Positions 51,294 to 64,000 of a stretch of 64,000 nucleotides of DNA are shown here, piece after piece. Origin of the DNA: Antechinus flavipes (taxonomy: Eukaryota); contig NC_067401.1 in NCBI RefSeq assembly GCF_016432865.1, positions 188,108,001 through 188,172,000 on the forward strand. The letters are read 5' to 3'. The position numbers and the translations under genes are program-made. Numbering within the stretch: the first letter of the stretch is position 1; every line of letters begins with the position of its first letter. The notes under the pieces are model-generated. The model was not told where the DNA came from. It searched no databases and was given only the letters and a program-made list of their open reading frames with translations.

Positions 51294-51920
51294 TGTTATG
51301 CCACAGTTCTCTTTAACTGTCCTGACTCAGTTTCCCTGCACTAGTTTCCCTTGTCTCAGTTTCTTTAACTGTTCTGTGTCAATCCCCTAAGTTGTAAAAC
51401 CCCCTCCCCCTCCTCTGGTCCATTACTGAGGACCAATTACTCTAAGGTTATAAATTGTTAGCAAGATAAACAAGAGAGTAGACCTCCTGACTCTTTTCTG
51501 TCCTCAAGAATTTACAATATCCCTCTAAAATATTCCAAGATATCTCTGTGTATTCAGACATCCTGTCTCTGGGTTGTTGTTGTTGTTTTGTTTTTTTGTT
51601 TTTTTAGGATTTATGGCTTCCCCTATCCTGACAGCTTCTTACCCCTTCCTTTGTTTAGAGAAAAGGTATTTAAGAAGTTGGGGTTCCTCCATTCATGGCT
51701 GGAGGCTGGAGGCTGGCGGCTGGATACTGGACATTGGATTCTTTGAGATGACAGTCTCCTCCAGCCCTAGGACCAACATGGATTCCTTGGTTCCAATATA
51801 TCTTTATCTCTGACTGGATAATTTGATATGAGAGTCCTGGCCAGTCAATTTTACTCTCCCATTAATAAAATATGAAAAACTCTCTAATCTCTCTCCTGCC
51901 TCAGTTTCTCCAGCATTACA
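51294..51920 (+). mobile_element. Solo ERV1-type LTR
   Basis: TGTTATGCCACAG...CCAGCATTACA, closely similar to the LTRs at 56396-57068 and 61099-61709 (inverted). Confidence 0.9.
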
Positions 51921-52656
51921 GCATCTGTGGAAACATTAATTGAGATGTTTATCGGGAGGAGTGCTAAGTCCTATTGTGAGCACATGGCCAGGACACAGCC
52001 CACACTCTCAGACATTGTGGTCAAGCTTGTTGAGATGGGTTTCGATTGGAAACTCTCCCTGCATATGCTAAAGGGTCCCAGAGGATGGTCATCACAGCAC
52101 CACCAGGTACCAATCAGCCTGTGAGTCCCAAAATCCTGACTGCTGGACAGACCAAGTCTCACACACCTCATATCCCTAGCCATTTTCCTGAATTCCCTGT
52201 TCCCCACACGTACATCAAAACACCGACACATCAAGAATTTATGTCAGATTACCGGGTCCTTCTGGAAAAGGCTGCATCACAGAGGTGTGATGTGGAATGG
52301 GCACTTACTAGTTTTATGGCCAGAGACAGAGTCTTGTCAAAGATGATGTCAGCACATTTCCATTGATTGCTGCCCAGCCATTTACTATTCCCTACCTGAC
52401 CGCCCTTCTGCCCTCTGAATTGGAGATGTAGCAGATGGAAGGGACTGATTCTTCTGAACAAGATGAGCAGGCAGAAACAGAGAAACTTCCTCTCCACATC
52501 AGTACAGAAGAATCAGGAGCAGAAAAAGAGAAGGCCTCTGTTCGCCAGCAGAACACTTCCTTGTCACGGAACCGGAACCGGACTGGGGAGGAGAATCTTA
52601 TTGATAACCCTTATCTATGACATGGAAAGAAACCCAAGATCTGTAAGAAGAAATGA
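51921..52656 (+). pseudogene. TAF8: TAF8 processed pseudogene (5'-truncated; putative 3'UTR may run to ~54690)
   Basis: ASVETLIEM..IGRSAKSYCEH.ARTQPTLSDIVV.LVEMGF; LPAYAK.SQRMVITAPP; HIPSHFPEFP.PHTYIKTPT; PYLTALLPSELEM; TDSSEQDEQ; EENLIDNPYL..KKPKI. Intronless, with frameshifts and TAG/TGA stops. Confidence 0.95.
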
Positions 52657-54689
52657 ATTAAGAATGAGGACATTCCATTCTGAATTTGTCTTCTCTGCTT
52701 TCTTGAAAGCAGGGAAGAAATGAGTTATTCACCATTAAGCTTAGGCCTAGAAAGAGTCTCCCTGAGCTTAGCAGACATTTTCCTTGTCTCTTTCTTTCTG
52801 AATTTCCACTTTCCCACCTTGAGATATCTTAAAATGAAGCGATCTCAACTTTTTGAGATTGGATGACAATATTTTAGCTGTGGGATTAACACTTCCTCCA
52901 ATAGAAATAACCTTTAGAATGCATTTAGCCAGAGGTCTCCCATGGCCCTTGGATCACCTAGGACTTTTCTTCTGGTTCCTCTTTTTGGATGAAAGAAAAA
53001 AAACCTCAGTTGCAAAGGGATGCACATGTCCATTCCCATTCCATTTCAAGATCCCCAGGAAGGAGAGGGCTGGGTGGCCAAACTGGAATCCAATTGTTGT
53101 GAAGTATTTGGCTTCTGAGAAACAAGTTTTTAATAATGATGTCCCATGCAGTCTGTATTGTGGGATAAAAGGAGATGTAATGATTTCATTTTTTTATTCC
53201 AGTTAAAACTCCTAGGAAACTGTATTCCAGACAACACTTTTATTGATCACCAGCACTTCTGGCCCTGGTCTCAAGGAAAGAACCTCATTCTATGGCTTGT
53301 AAAAACCTGAGAAGCCCAGGCTGAAGAGGAAGCTCAGTGGGTTGCTGGTTGAATTGCTTTTCTGCTTTGAGCTCTAGCACACTCAATCAGCCTTTGCTTT
53401 TTTTTTCCTGTACAGAAGGTGAAGCCTTGTTTCTTTCCTCTGTAATCTCTGTCTCCTGAACAGGAGGTAACTTCTGAGGAAGCTTTGACTAGAATATTCC
53501 AAATTCTTCCTTTTCTCTTGGCCAGAAAACAGGTTCTCAAAGAAAATTCTGCGTAAGCTGCTAAATATACTTTTGGCTAGACATTAATACAGGGAATTTT
53601 TTTTTAATGCCAACTGAAAACTACTGGATAGTTGCACATACTTTAAATGAAAGAAATAAGGAATCTCCTTTGCTATTTTGCTTGAAATCCTTATGGAGAG
53701 CCAGACTGGCACCATAATAATTTTATTCTCTCCTTCCCTTTCTCTTCTTTATTATCTACACTTCCTTTCCCTAATACCTAAATCTTCGGGGCCTGATAGT
53801 GCTGCCCATAAACTTCCTGAGCAGCTATTTTGATGGAGAGATTCTTTCTTAGGAGAAGAGAGCTGTTTGTTTGCAATTGAAGAGGAGTCTGCTAATCAAA
53901 GTATCTTAGGAGAGAAAATTTTACATTTTGACCCCAGCTTTCCAGGGTTGTTTATAGTTAGCTAAAGTTGCAATATCTCTTTCACTGAGAACAATTGAAA
54001 ATTATTTTCACAGATCTGTAGGCTTTGTGAATCTTGAGTTGTTTTCAGCCCTTAGAGATGAGTGATATGGTGAGTATAGAGAAAGTTCGCATTTTGGAAG
54101 TGAGCACTGAAGAAAATGATGGGACAGAAACATTTACAAACTTTGTTTGTAGCTAGCTCCTCCCAAGAGCACTGGAAGATGGTCACTTGTATGTAGTTTT
54201 ACTACTGTACTTGCACATCTTCAATGCCAAAAAGCATTTCCCAGCACCTACTTAGAGGAGGTACTTGTTAAATGGAGCTTCTTGTCACTTCTGCCAAGAG
54301 ACCTGAGCCATTATTGCTGAAAGATCATGTTCTGAGCTTTGCTGAGCAAAATGAGTCCATGTGAGAGAATCTGGGGATGGGCCCTTTTTCTATCACCCCT
54401 GACAGAAGGCTTGTTCATGTATCATGTTGATCCTGACTTTTTGCTGTTATGTAAAAACTGTATATACACCCAAACATTTATTTGCAAGTTTTAAATTTTA
54501 ATAATTTGGATGAGGTTTTTCTGAAGGAAAAAATATGGCTAAAGCCAAATGAAAACTGTTGTTTATATATGTGCATAATAAAAATCTGTGATGTAGATAG
54601 AATGGAATCACAAGGTTATAGCTTTGACTTATTGTCAGAAATTATTGTGTTGACTATGTTTGTGTGCTGTAGCTCAAAATCCCCTTTTC

Positions 54690-56150
54690 CACCAGCAAAC
54701 AAAGGAGATTTAGAAACATCTGACAATGAAAGCACATGGCTGAAAATGAGACTGTTAAAAGAACTTTAAAATCTTCAGGAATCATTGGATTCCCTAACAC
54801 AAGATAAAGACTGTTTCAGTTCTTGAAAAATCAGCAAGAATCATTGAATTCCTTGAGATGAAAAATTGTTGATGAGACTTGTGGTGATCTTCTTTTAAAA
54901 TAAGTAGAATAGTTCTCTCTGGGGGAGAGGGTAGGTTTCTCAGGGAAGTTTTCTTGGAGGCAGCCTTAGTATCAGTTGAAAGTAATAATCACCCAAAACG
55001 CAGCCAGATGATAAAAGTTCAGATCTTTTATTGTCTCTAATATAGCCCCGTTAGCTTAGAGCCCTCTGAATGTCTCCAAATCCAAAGGTCTGTCCTTCAG
55101 CCTCTGCCTCTGCTTTCTTCAGCCTCCAACCAGCACAAAGATGGAATGTCTCTCTTGTCTCCTTCACTTGGGGCTTGGCTAGTTTTCTGGTGAGTCTTTC
55201 AGACCAGCTTGGTCTCAGTAGGGGGAGTGCAGGAGCCCAGCCATCAACCACAGTGGTGTGAGATGAAGATGGTTGTCCGCTGAACTCTCGACTGGTAGCT
55301 TCTTCCTCTGAAAACTTTTCTTCTGCCACCAGCCAGCCAAGTGGAAAATATTCCTTCTTGCCTCGGAGAGAGGGCTTCTGGCATAATTATGCTGAAATCT
55401 GACCAAGAGCCTCTGTCTGTTTCTTTTATACAAGAGGGAGGAATTGTGGGATACAAGAGAGAGGGATTATGGGTTTTCTCCCATAGTGCTCTCTGGCCCT
55501 AAGAGCTTCAAGGGAGGTGTGAACTCACAAAGTTACAAAGTTTACTTTGTGAAACTCCCATACTTGTGAACTCCAATGAGTAAAGGTGTGAACACAAGCC
55601 TTGTATTAATTAGTTCTACTTAGTACCTTGTTTCAGGTTCTGACCCCAAACATCTCCTTGTAAGATCAGATCAATAATCTATCAACTCTAATGAGTTAGC
55701 AGTTTGTAAAGATTCCAACAGAGACTATTGCAGTACTTCAAAGCTTGCAGGAATTATTGGATTCCTGGCACATGAACTAATGGACAATGGATTCCTTTTG
55801 GACTATTTCTAGGACTTATGGACATGTATAAATTCTCATGTTGATTTGTGTTATTTGTTTCATCACTCCTAGCCTGTGCTTATGTAATTTATATAATTAT
55901 GTGTAATACCTCCCATATTGATGGATTTATGTGTACCTGTTTCAAGTGAGCCCCTTCAAAACCCACTAATCTGATTTGATTTCCCATTTCCTTTGGTGTT
56001 TTCATCTCCCTTCCTGAGATGTCAGGGAAGGTGTGACCACCTTCTTTTTATGGTGTTTTCACTTCTTTTTTGAGGAGTCAGGAAGGTGTGATTACCTTCT
56101 TTTTGGAGTTCTCACCTCCTTGAGAAGTCAGGGAGGTCATGACCACCTAT
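54690..56150 (+). mobile_element. Third copy of the env-less class II ERV 3' region (no own LTR), split by a solo LTR
   Basis: 54690-54879 and 55721-56150 are homologous to 14360-14935. Confidence 0.85.
54880..55720 (-). mobile_element. Solo class II LTR with perfect 6-bp TSD
   Basis: GAGACT at 54874-54879 and 55721-55726; TGTGGTGATC...GATTCCAACA. Confidence 0.92.
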
Positions 56151-56395
56151 ATGCCACCTCTCTGCAGTCCTGTGATCCAAACCCTTATTTTATATTTAAA
56201 AAAAAAAAAAAAGCAAAACCCCAAGACAAAAACAAAAAACTTAAAAAAAAAAAAAAAACAACAATAAGTTTACATCTTCGATGGGTTTTGGGGGGAGGTC
56301 AGATGAGAGAGGAAGGTTCTCAGAGGTCCCATCGAGCCTGATGATGTGTTTGCTGTCTGACAGGGTTGTCTAACTAAATTCACATCAGGTCGGCC

Positions 56396-59300
56396 TGTAA
56401 TGCCAGAGAAACTGACATTTTCATTTCATTCATTGCAGGAGAGAGATTAGAGAGTTTTAAATATTTTACTAATGGGAGAGTATAATTGACTGGACAGGAC
56501 TCTCGTCTCAAATTATCCAGTCAGACAGAGATAAAGATATACTGGGATCAAGGAATCCATGTTGGTCCCAGGGCTGGAGGAGACTGTCATCTCAAAGAAT
56601 CCAGCGTCCAGTATCCAGCCGCCAGCCGCCAGCCGCCAGCCTCCAGCCTCCAGCTTCAAACCTCCAGCCATGAACTGAGGAACCCCAACTTCTTAAATAC
56701 CTTTTCTCTAAACAAAGGAAGGGGTGAGAAGCGTGGGAAAACTTCTGTCAGGATGGGGGAGGCCATAAATCCTAAAAACCCAGAGACAGGATGTCTGAAT
56801 ACACAGAAATGAAGATATCAGTAAGATATCTTGGAATACTTTAGAGGGATATTGTAAATTCTTGAGGACAGAAAAGAGTCAAGAGGTCTACTCTCCTGTT
56901 TATCTTGCTAACAATTTATAACCTTAGAGCAAATGGTCCTCAGTCTTAATGGACCAGAGGGGGGTTACAATTTAGGGGATTGAGACAGAACAGTTAAGGA
57001 AACTGAGACAAGGGAAATTAGTGCAGGGAAACTGAGTCAGGACAGTTAAAGAGAACTGTGGCATAACATTCCACACTCTCTCTCCTAAATATTCAAACCT
57101 TTGAATATTAGCACCTTCCTCTAGATACCCAGGAGGTCGTAGCCCCATAATTTTGGCCAACCCAAAATAAAACTAGAAAAATGTAAGGACTCGTGTGGCA
57201 AGAGCAAGTCTCTCCCTGATAACCCCAGACTTAACTGTACAAAGGCTCCCTTGTTGCAAGCATGTTAGGTCCTCTAAAGTTGAGGAGCATCATCTCAGCC
57301 AGACAATCCAGTTTGAGATGGACAGTTAGATCTGTGATCATTTGTGCACTTAACTAGCAGCAGGGCTCAAGGGCTCATTCAAAGGGGCAACTCACTCCAG
57401 GGGAGAAGGGTAAGGGTTGGAGTAGCTTCACCGTCTCCCCGTCCAGAGCTGCTGCTACTAGAATACAGATTTCTGAGCAGATTATGCATAGTTAGACCAT
57501 CAAGGCAGGCAAACCCCAAACTTTTTAGGTGCCTCATGCCAAACTTCAAGGTCCTTTGAACTTCTGAAGTACTAATTAATGAACTGGGGTTACAGGACTG
57601 AAGAAAAACAGATCAGAGAGATTGCCAGTCCCAAGACAGGTGTCTGATTTCTAAAATTTTTCGAAAAAAAAATAATCCCCAAAACTGAGTCTGCCATGGC
57701 AATTTTAACAAAATAAGGAATTCTAACGCTAAAGCATCCAAATTCAATCTGAACTAGTGAGATAGGGGTGGGGCAGAAATGCCTAAGGCAAAGTGAATAG
57801 GAGGTAGGGGTTCCCATTCTTTCAGGTATTTTGAAAAAAAAAATACCAGTTTCCCCAATGTTCTATCTCTTCCTCCCCTTTTTTTCCCCCACGGAAGGGA
57901 ATTATCAAATGACCATTCCCCATATAAATCCCAAGAATGAATCAAATTCCCTATAGATAACAGACTAATACAGTAGCATTTCCTAAAAAGCCCTCAAACA
58001 TAACAGCAATAATTATACAGTTTTAACAAATCCCATCCCAAATCTTAAACACACAGTAATATATGATCCAGGTAAGGTTTAACAGTCAGTCATCAACCAT
58101 TCCCAAAGTCCCTCATATCAGTCCAAATCATCTCATTTAAAAAAACTGCTGCTTCAGACTGTGAAGTGATAGGAGGTTCTCATTCCATGAAGAGTGGGTG
58201 TATCATGCTGACAATCAAAGCTGATCTAAAGCTGATCCAGGTTCCAGAAGCAAGCCAATATCTGTAATTTGATCAAAATCTAGAACAAAAACACAAATCT
58301 AACAAAGAAAGATTAGATCAGTCTCAGATAGAAAGACTCAATTCACCAGACTGCTGCAAAATATGAGGAGGCCAAAATAAATTGGCCAGCAGTTTCCATG
58401 TGATGAGACGAGTTTGCTTTACAGGCCAAGCAAACAGAGGCAGTCTTACAGACCCCTGTTAATTGTCCACTTATGTAGAAACTTTAAAGAAACAAAACAC
58501 AAATATCCAGTAACAGACAGATGACCAGGTGAAATACTCAGTTGCCCAAGCACTTAGGATACAATGATTACATATGACCAGACTGAAAATAGCAAGGCAT
58601 GACATAATTGAATTGCATTAACAGTTCTATTGACCATTGCTCTGATCATAGAGATCAGTTACAGAAGGAAAAATGCAAGAATATAACTATAACATAATAT
58701 AAGCAGTTAAAACTCAATCTTCAGCACACACAGCATAAAATAACCTTAACCCAGTTTTAGTCCAATCAATCGTCTCAGTAACTGTCAGAGGATGGAGTGT
58801 TAAAACTCCCAAATAGCATTAACTAATTAACTATAAACCCAAGAAATTTTACCCCCAATAACAGATTCCATTAATCAAATTCCTGATAACTCCTAAACAA
58901 AGATTTATTCTAACCTTATAGTAATCATCTCAGTAAGTTCACAACTTAGAACAATTATCATATCTAGGTAGATGTTACATGAGTGAACATTTTACATACA
59001 AATCATTTTGCTTTTAAAATACCCAATACATAGAAAAATATCCCAAATTGCATATTGTCTATAACAAAAACATTTTCAAAAGGACAAAGAAAAAAACCTA
59101 TTATGTTCAGAGGCCCTTTAAATAACCTCAGGATGACCCAATACAATCAATTTAAACTTATACAGAATACCCAATTCCACATAAAAGATTTCAAGAAGGT
59201 TTTGTTAAAAATAGCAATTAAAGAAATATTCCTACCAAAGTATGGATCACATTTATGACCATATTCCTCAACCAAGAAAACATATATGTATCAAGAAACA

Positions 59301-61709
59301 AATATTCAATTAATTAACCTAAAAGTAAGCATGTTCTTAAAAATCACAGTTTGCTGCACTGGCCATAATCAAATAAGGAAAAAACGGCAGGAACACACTC
59401 AGGGGGGTGAGGGGAGGAGAGTATTCCACATGGCCACCTTTCCCCCACTCCTGCCCCCTAGGGGAAAAAAAAAACAATTTCCCTCAGGTTCCCCACACAA
59501 TTTCCTACATGGGGATCTTTTTCAAGATTTAGCCCATCAGTTTCCCAACATCAGGTTTCTTCCCAAATCCACCCATTTCCAACTTTATGTTTCCCCCTGG
59601 CTACATACTTGAACAATCTCCTTAAAGAACTTTCCTACTAGATGCTCCTTTGGTAAAGTAGCAGAAGACAGTGGGGGTGGGTGGCTCCCTCCTCCACTTC
59701 TTCGCCTACTCCCCAAAGTTTTTCTTTCACTTTCCTAAAACCATGCAAACCTCTAATTGCCCCTACAAATCAATCCTTCCTAAATCACCTGCATTCCTCT
59801 TTCCTTTTTTCTTCAAAAACCTGTAAAATTCACACCATAGTGAATAGCCCAAACCTCCATAAAACCCACACATGTCCAGCAGAGCTGGATTTGAAGTTTA
59901 ACTTATGTTAACAAATAACTCAATATATTTCAGAAAGTAACAAACTAAATCAAACTAAATACAGCTGTTTTTAAAAGTTTTTTTTTTCTTTCTTTTCTTT
60001 CCCGCCACATTTCTTCTAACAGCTATTAGCATCCTTTCTCCAAAGCTTTTTATTGCCCAGGCCAGGCTAAGCTTGAATTTTATTGCTCTTCACTCTAATC
60101 CAAACTTTCAAATCCCTTTCAATCTATTTTTTTCCTTTCTTTCTTTTTTTATTTCTTTCCTTCTCTCCCTTTTTTCCCTTTTTCTCACAGGCTGCTGCAG
60201 TCAGCCAGAGACAGACAGAGAGAGAGAGAGAGAGAAAGATTTTTCAAACTTCTTGATATTTTCTAACACTGCAACACAGAGGCTGAATTCTTATCTCTTA
60301 CAAGCTAGCTAATTTTTAACACAGACACACACAGACACTTGGAGCTCCATTTTACTAAGCACAGTTGCAACGTTGTTCTTAAAAATTTTTCAACCGACAA
60401 AATGGACAACTCACATAGAACATAGAACACACATCACACAGACTATACAGTTCCAACATTAAACAAACAAATAACACATACCCAGAGGATATTTTCCAGA
60501 GTCCCAGAAAATACCCATCTGAGAACTTTTAAACCCGCTGGTCTTTATTCTGAGACCACAGGTTGCTAGCAACAGACCAGACCAGAACCAGAATAACCAG
60601 AACTAGAACCAGAACCAGATCGTACCCCAAAAGGTACCCAGACAGACTTACTCTCCCAAATGCCAAATCAATTTCGTTATCCACTGTAGGCTGGACTGAG
60701 GCTGAAGAACTGCTTCCTTTTCCCAGGAGGCTCTGGAGGTCTTTTCCCCAGAAATAGACCAAAATCCTGAGCCTCCTCAAGCCTAGGTGGAGACCGAGAG
60801 GTCTCTAATCTCTAATCCAGTTCTCAGTTTCTATCATCTCGGTAGGACCTCCAAAATGTAATGCCGGAGAAACTGAGGCAGGAGAGAGATTAGAGAGGTT
60901 TTAATATTTTATTAATGGGAGAGTATAATTGATTGGACAGGACTCTCATATCAAATTATCCAGTCAGACAGAGATAAAGATATTCTGGGACCAAGAAATC
61001 CATGTTGGTCCCAGGGCAGGAGGAGACTGTCATCCCAAAGAATCCAGCAGACAGTATTCAGTCGCCAGCCGCCAGCCTCCAGCAATGAATGAATCTTTTG
61101 TAATGCTGGAGAAACTGAGGCAGGAGAGAGATTAGAGAGTTTTTAATATTTTATTAATGGGAGAATATAATTGACTGGACAGGACTCTCATCTCAAATTA
61201 TCCAGTCAGATAGAGATAAAGATATATTGGGACCAAGGAATCCATGTTGGTCCCAGGGCTGGAGGAGACTGTCATCTCAAAGAATCCAGCGTCCAGCCAC
61301 CAGCCTCCAGCAATGAATGGAGGAACCCCAACTTCTTAAATACCTTTTCTCTAAACAAAGGAAGGAGTAAGAAGCGGGAAAACTTCTGTCAGGATGGGGG
61401 AGGCCATAAATCCTAAAAACCCAGAGACAGGATGTCTGAATACACAGAAATAAAGATATCAGTGAGGTATATTGGAATATTTGAGAGGGATATTGTAAAT
61501 TCTTGAGGACAGAAAAGAGTCAGGAGGTCTACTCTCTTGTTTATCTTGCTAACAATTTATAACCTTAGAGCAAATGGTCCTCAGTCTTAATGGACCAGAG
61601 GGAGGTTACAATTTAGGGGACTGAGACAGAACAGTTAAGGAAACTGAGACAAGGGAAACTAGTGCAGGGAAACTGAGTCAGGACAGTTAAAGAGAACTGT
61701 GGCATAACA
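56396..61709 (-). mobile_element. Non-autonomous ERV1-like provirus B (3' LTR 56396-57068; 5' LTR 61099-61709 plus extra R/U5 60857-61098); 4-bp TSD GGCC
   Basis: GGCC at 56392-56395 and 61710-61713, with the empty site at 45891-45894. Purine tract at 57069-57086 on -. The LTRs differ by about 25 substitutions in ~600 bp. No long ORF. Confidence 0.93.
60836..60853 (-). promoter_or_regulatory. Primer-binding site, tRNA-Gln-like
   Basis: TGGAGGTCCTACCGAGAT is one mismatch from the tRNA-Gln PBS TGGAGGTCCCACCGAGAT (recalled sequence). Confidence 0.75.
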
Positions 61710-63103
61710 GGCCCTCTGCTTATTTACAGAGGAGCTAGCTTTGCTCGAGTGTATACATACGGGGAAAATAACAGGGTCCTCAGATCGATTTCACCGAAAA
61801 TTTTAATAAACGCCTGCCTTTTCCAACGAACTGTGGGCATTACACGTTGGGTCCCCCAAAGGATAAAGAAATAAAACAACAATAAACAACCAACCACGAA
61901 GCGTTTCTTCCATTGGGAAGGAACCCGAGGCATACAGCTTGTACAAGCACAAAGACATTGAAGGAGGAAAAGAGCTACAGCAGTCGGATCAAAAACTCAT
62001 AAACTGAGCTTCAGATGAAGATAAAGATTCAGTGGAACGATCTGCGTGAAGACCAAGAGATCAGAGGGGGAAATATCAAGAAGTCTGTGTTGCAGGCAAG
62101 AGACAAAAGGAAATTGTTGAAGCATTCCGCTGTGATGGCTCTGCAGGAGCTATCCGGGAGATCTAACTGAGCCACCTTTTGCTTTAGCAAGAGGAGACTA
62201 GAAGAACGGGAAAGGCTAGAAACAGGATGACCAGGGGCAGAAATGTTGTTTGTGGCGACAAATAGAGGAAAATTTGAACTCGGGGGTGGATTGATGGGAA
62301 GCGCTTAAAGGAGCTAGGGTGGTGGGATGGGGGCAGAGGTATTAGGAACCATTGTGACTGAGGGGGGTGCGAAATGACAAGGAACTAAATGGTCTCTCTC
62401 CCCGAAAATGAAGAGCATTTCGAGAAAGCGAGAGTGGGCTGGGGAATGGGAGAGGCCCCAGTTAGGAACGTTGAATTTGGCGATTCCTTGTGGACTACGA
62501 GCTAGTAAACTAGGAGTCCCAGGGAAAGGGATGAAGACCGGGCCCCCTGAGTTAAGGTAGACGATGAGTGTAGCCTAGAGTGGGAGCCCAGCACAGTTAT
62601 AGGTCCGGAGGTGGACGATGATACAGCAACGCAAGGGAAACTGAGGAAAGGTCAGCCCGGGAGGAAGAGAGCCAGGAGAGACCCAAGTTGTTTCAAACGC
62701 TTCACTTGAAATTTGGCAATTGCGTATGCCTTCGTAAGAGAACTTGTAGAACACTTCCCTAGTACATCAAGAATTGGCCTGAATTGGACCCCTTAAAACA
62801 CCAAACATTACTCTCCCTTCTGAACAAGGGGCCCTTTGTGTGACCGTGACTTCCCTGACTCAAGCCTATGCGGCACCTCTGGGCGGAGATAACCTAGCCC
62901 GCTCTAGAGCAGGATTCCGGTTTCTCAATCCAATGCTTGATGAGTGACTTCGGGCACTGTATGCCACGACTTTTTCTCCCCAAAGCTAAAAAAGCCGGGG
63001 AGGGGAGAGGGAAAGAGGGGGAAGTAGTGGTAATCCCATAACCATCCCGCATTTCCCCAAGCAGGAGCAGCCCAAGTCTAGCTCTTTTTTTGAAAGCGTG
63101 GGA

Positions 63104-63119
63104 GGCTCTGAAAAGAGCC
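63104..63119 (-). terminator. Histone 3' stem-loop of H2A copy 2
   Basis: GGCTCTTTTCAGAGCC on -. Confidence 0.95.
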
Positions 63120-63181
63120 GTTGGTTTCTGCGTGGTAGACGAATCTCCCATTTCCAGAGACTGTTCGTCAGCAGGGCTGGC

Positions 63182-63959
<778 letters not shown>

Positions 63960-64000
63960 ATGCCTGAGCCCGCCAAGTCCGCTCCTGCTCCCAAAAAGGG
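63960..64000 (+). CDS. H2BC: Histone H2B, copy 2 (start only, truncated by the window edge)
   Basis: ATGCCTGAGCCCGCCAAGTCC..., identical to the start of copy 1. Confidence 0.85.
   Translation, partial: MPEPAKSAPAPKK

Noticed and set aside
51290-51924. GCAC/GCAT as a TSD of the 51294-51920 LTR
   Set aside because: The left flank is class II LTR and the right flank is TAF8 codon sequence, so the 3/4 match may be coincidental.

Overview
Vertebrate genomic DNA, inferred from its L1, RTE, MAR1/WSINE-type SINE and LTR content to be marsupial (probably dasyurid). It has four N gaps. The left half (1-33 kb) is repeat-dominated: L1, L2, CR1 and RTE fragments, two pieces of an env-less class II ERV, and a ~4.64-kb tandem duplication whose junction is a 6-bp microhomology. 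The right half is a replication-dependent histone cluster with H4 (-), H3.2 (-) and two direct copies of a divergent H2A(-)/H2B(+) unit, each gene with a 3' stem-loop where visible. The cluster is heavily invaded by nested ERVs and solo LTRs and holds a TAF8 processed pseudogene. Features not called by the ORF track include: a doubly deleted histone H1 pseudogene that keeps its H1-type promoter; a conserved triple-hairpin RNA array and an 18-codon heptad-repeat mini-ORF in the env position of the class II ERV family (three copies); and a provirus whose empty pre-insertion site survives in the paralogous histone unit. Repeat family names and identities are judged by eye, and many repeat boundaries are approximate.
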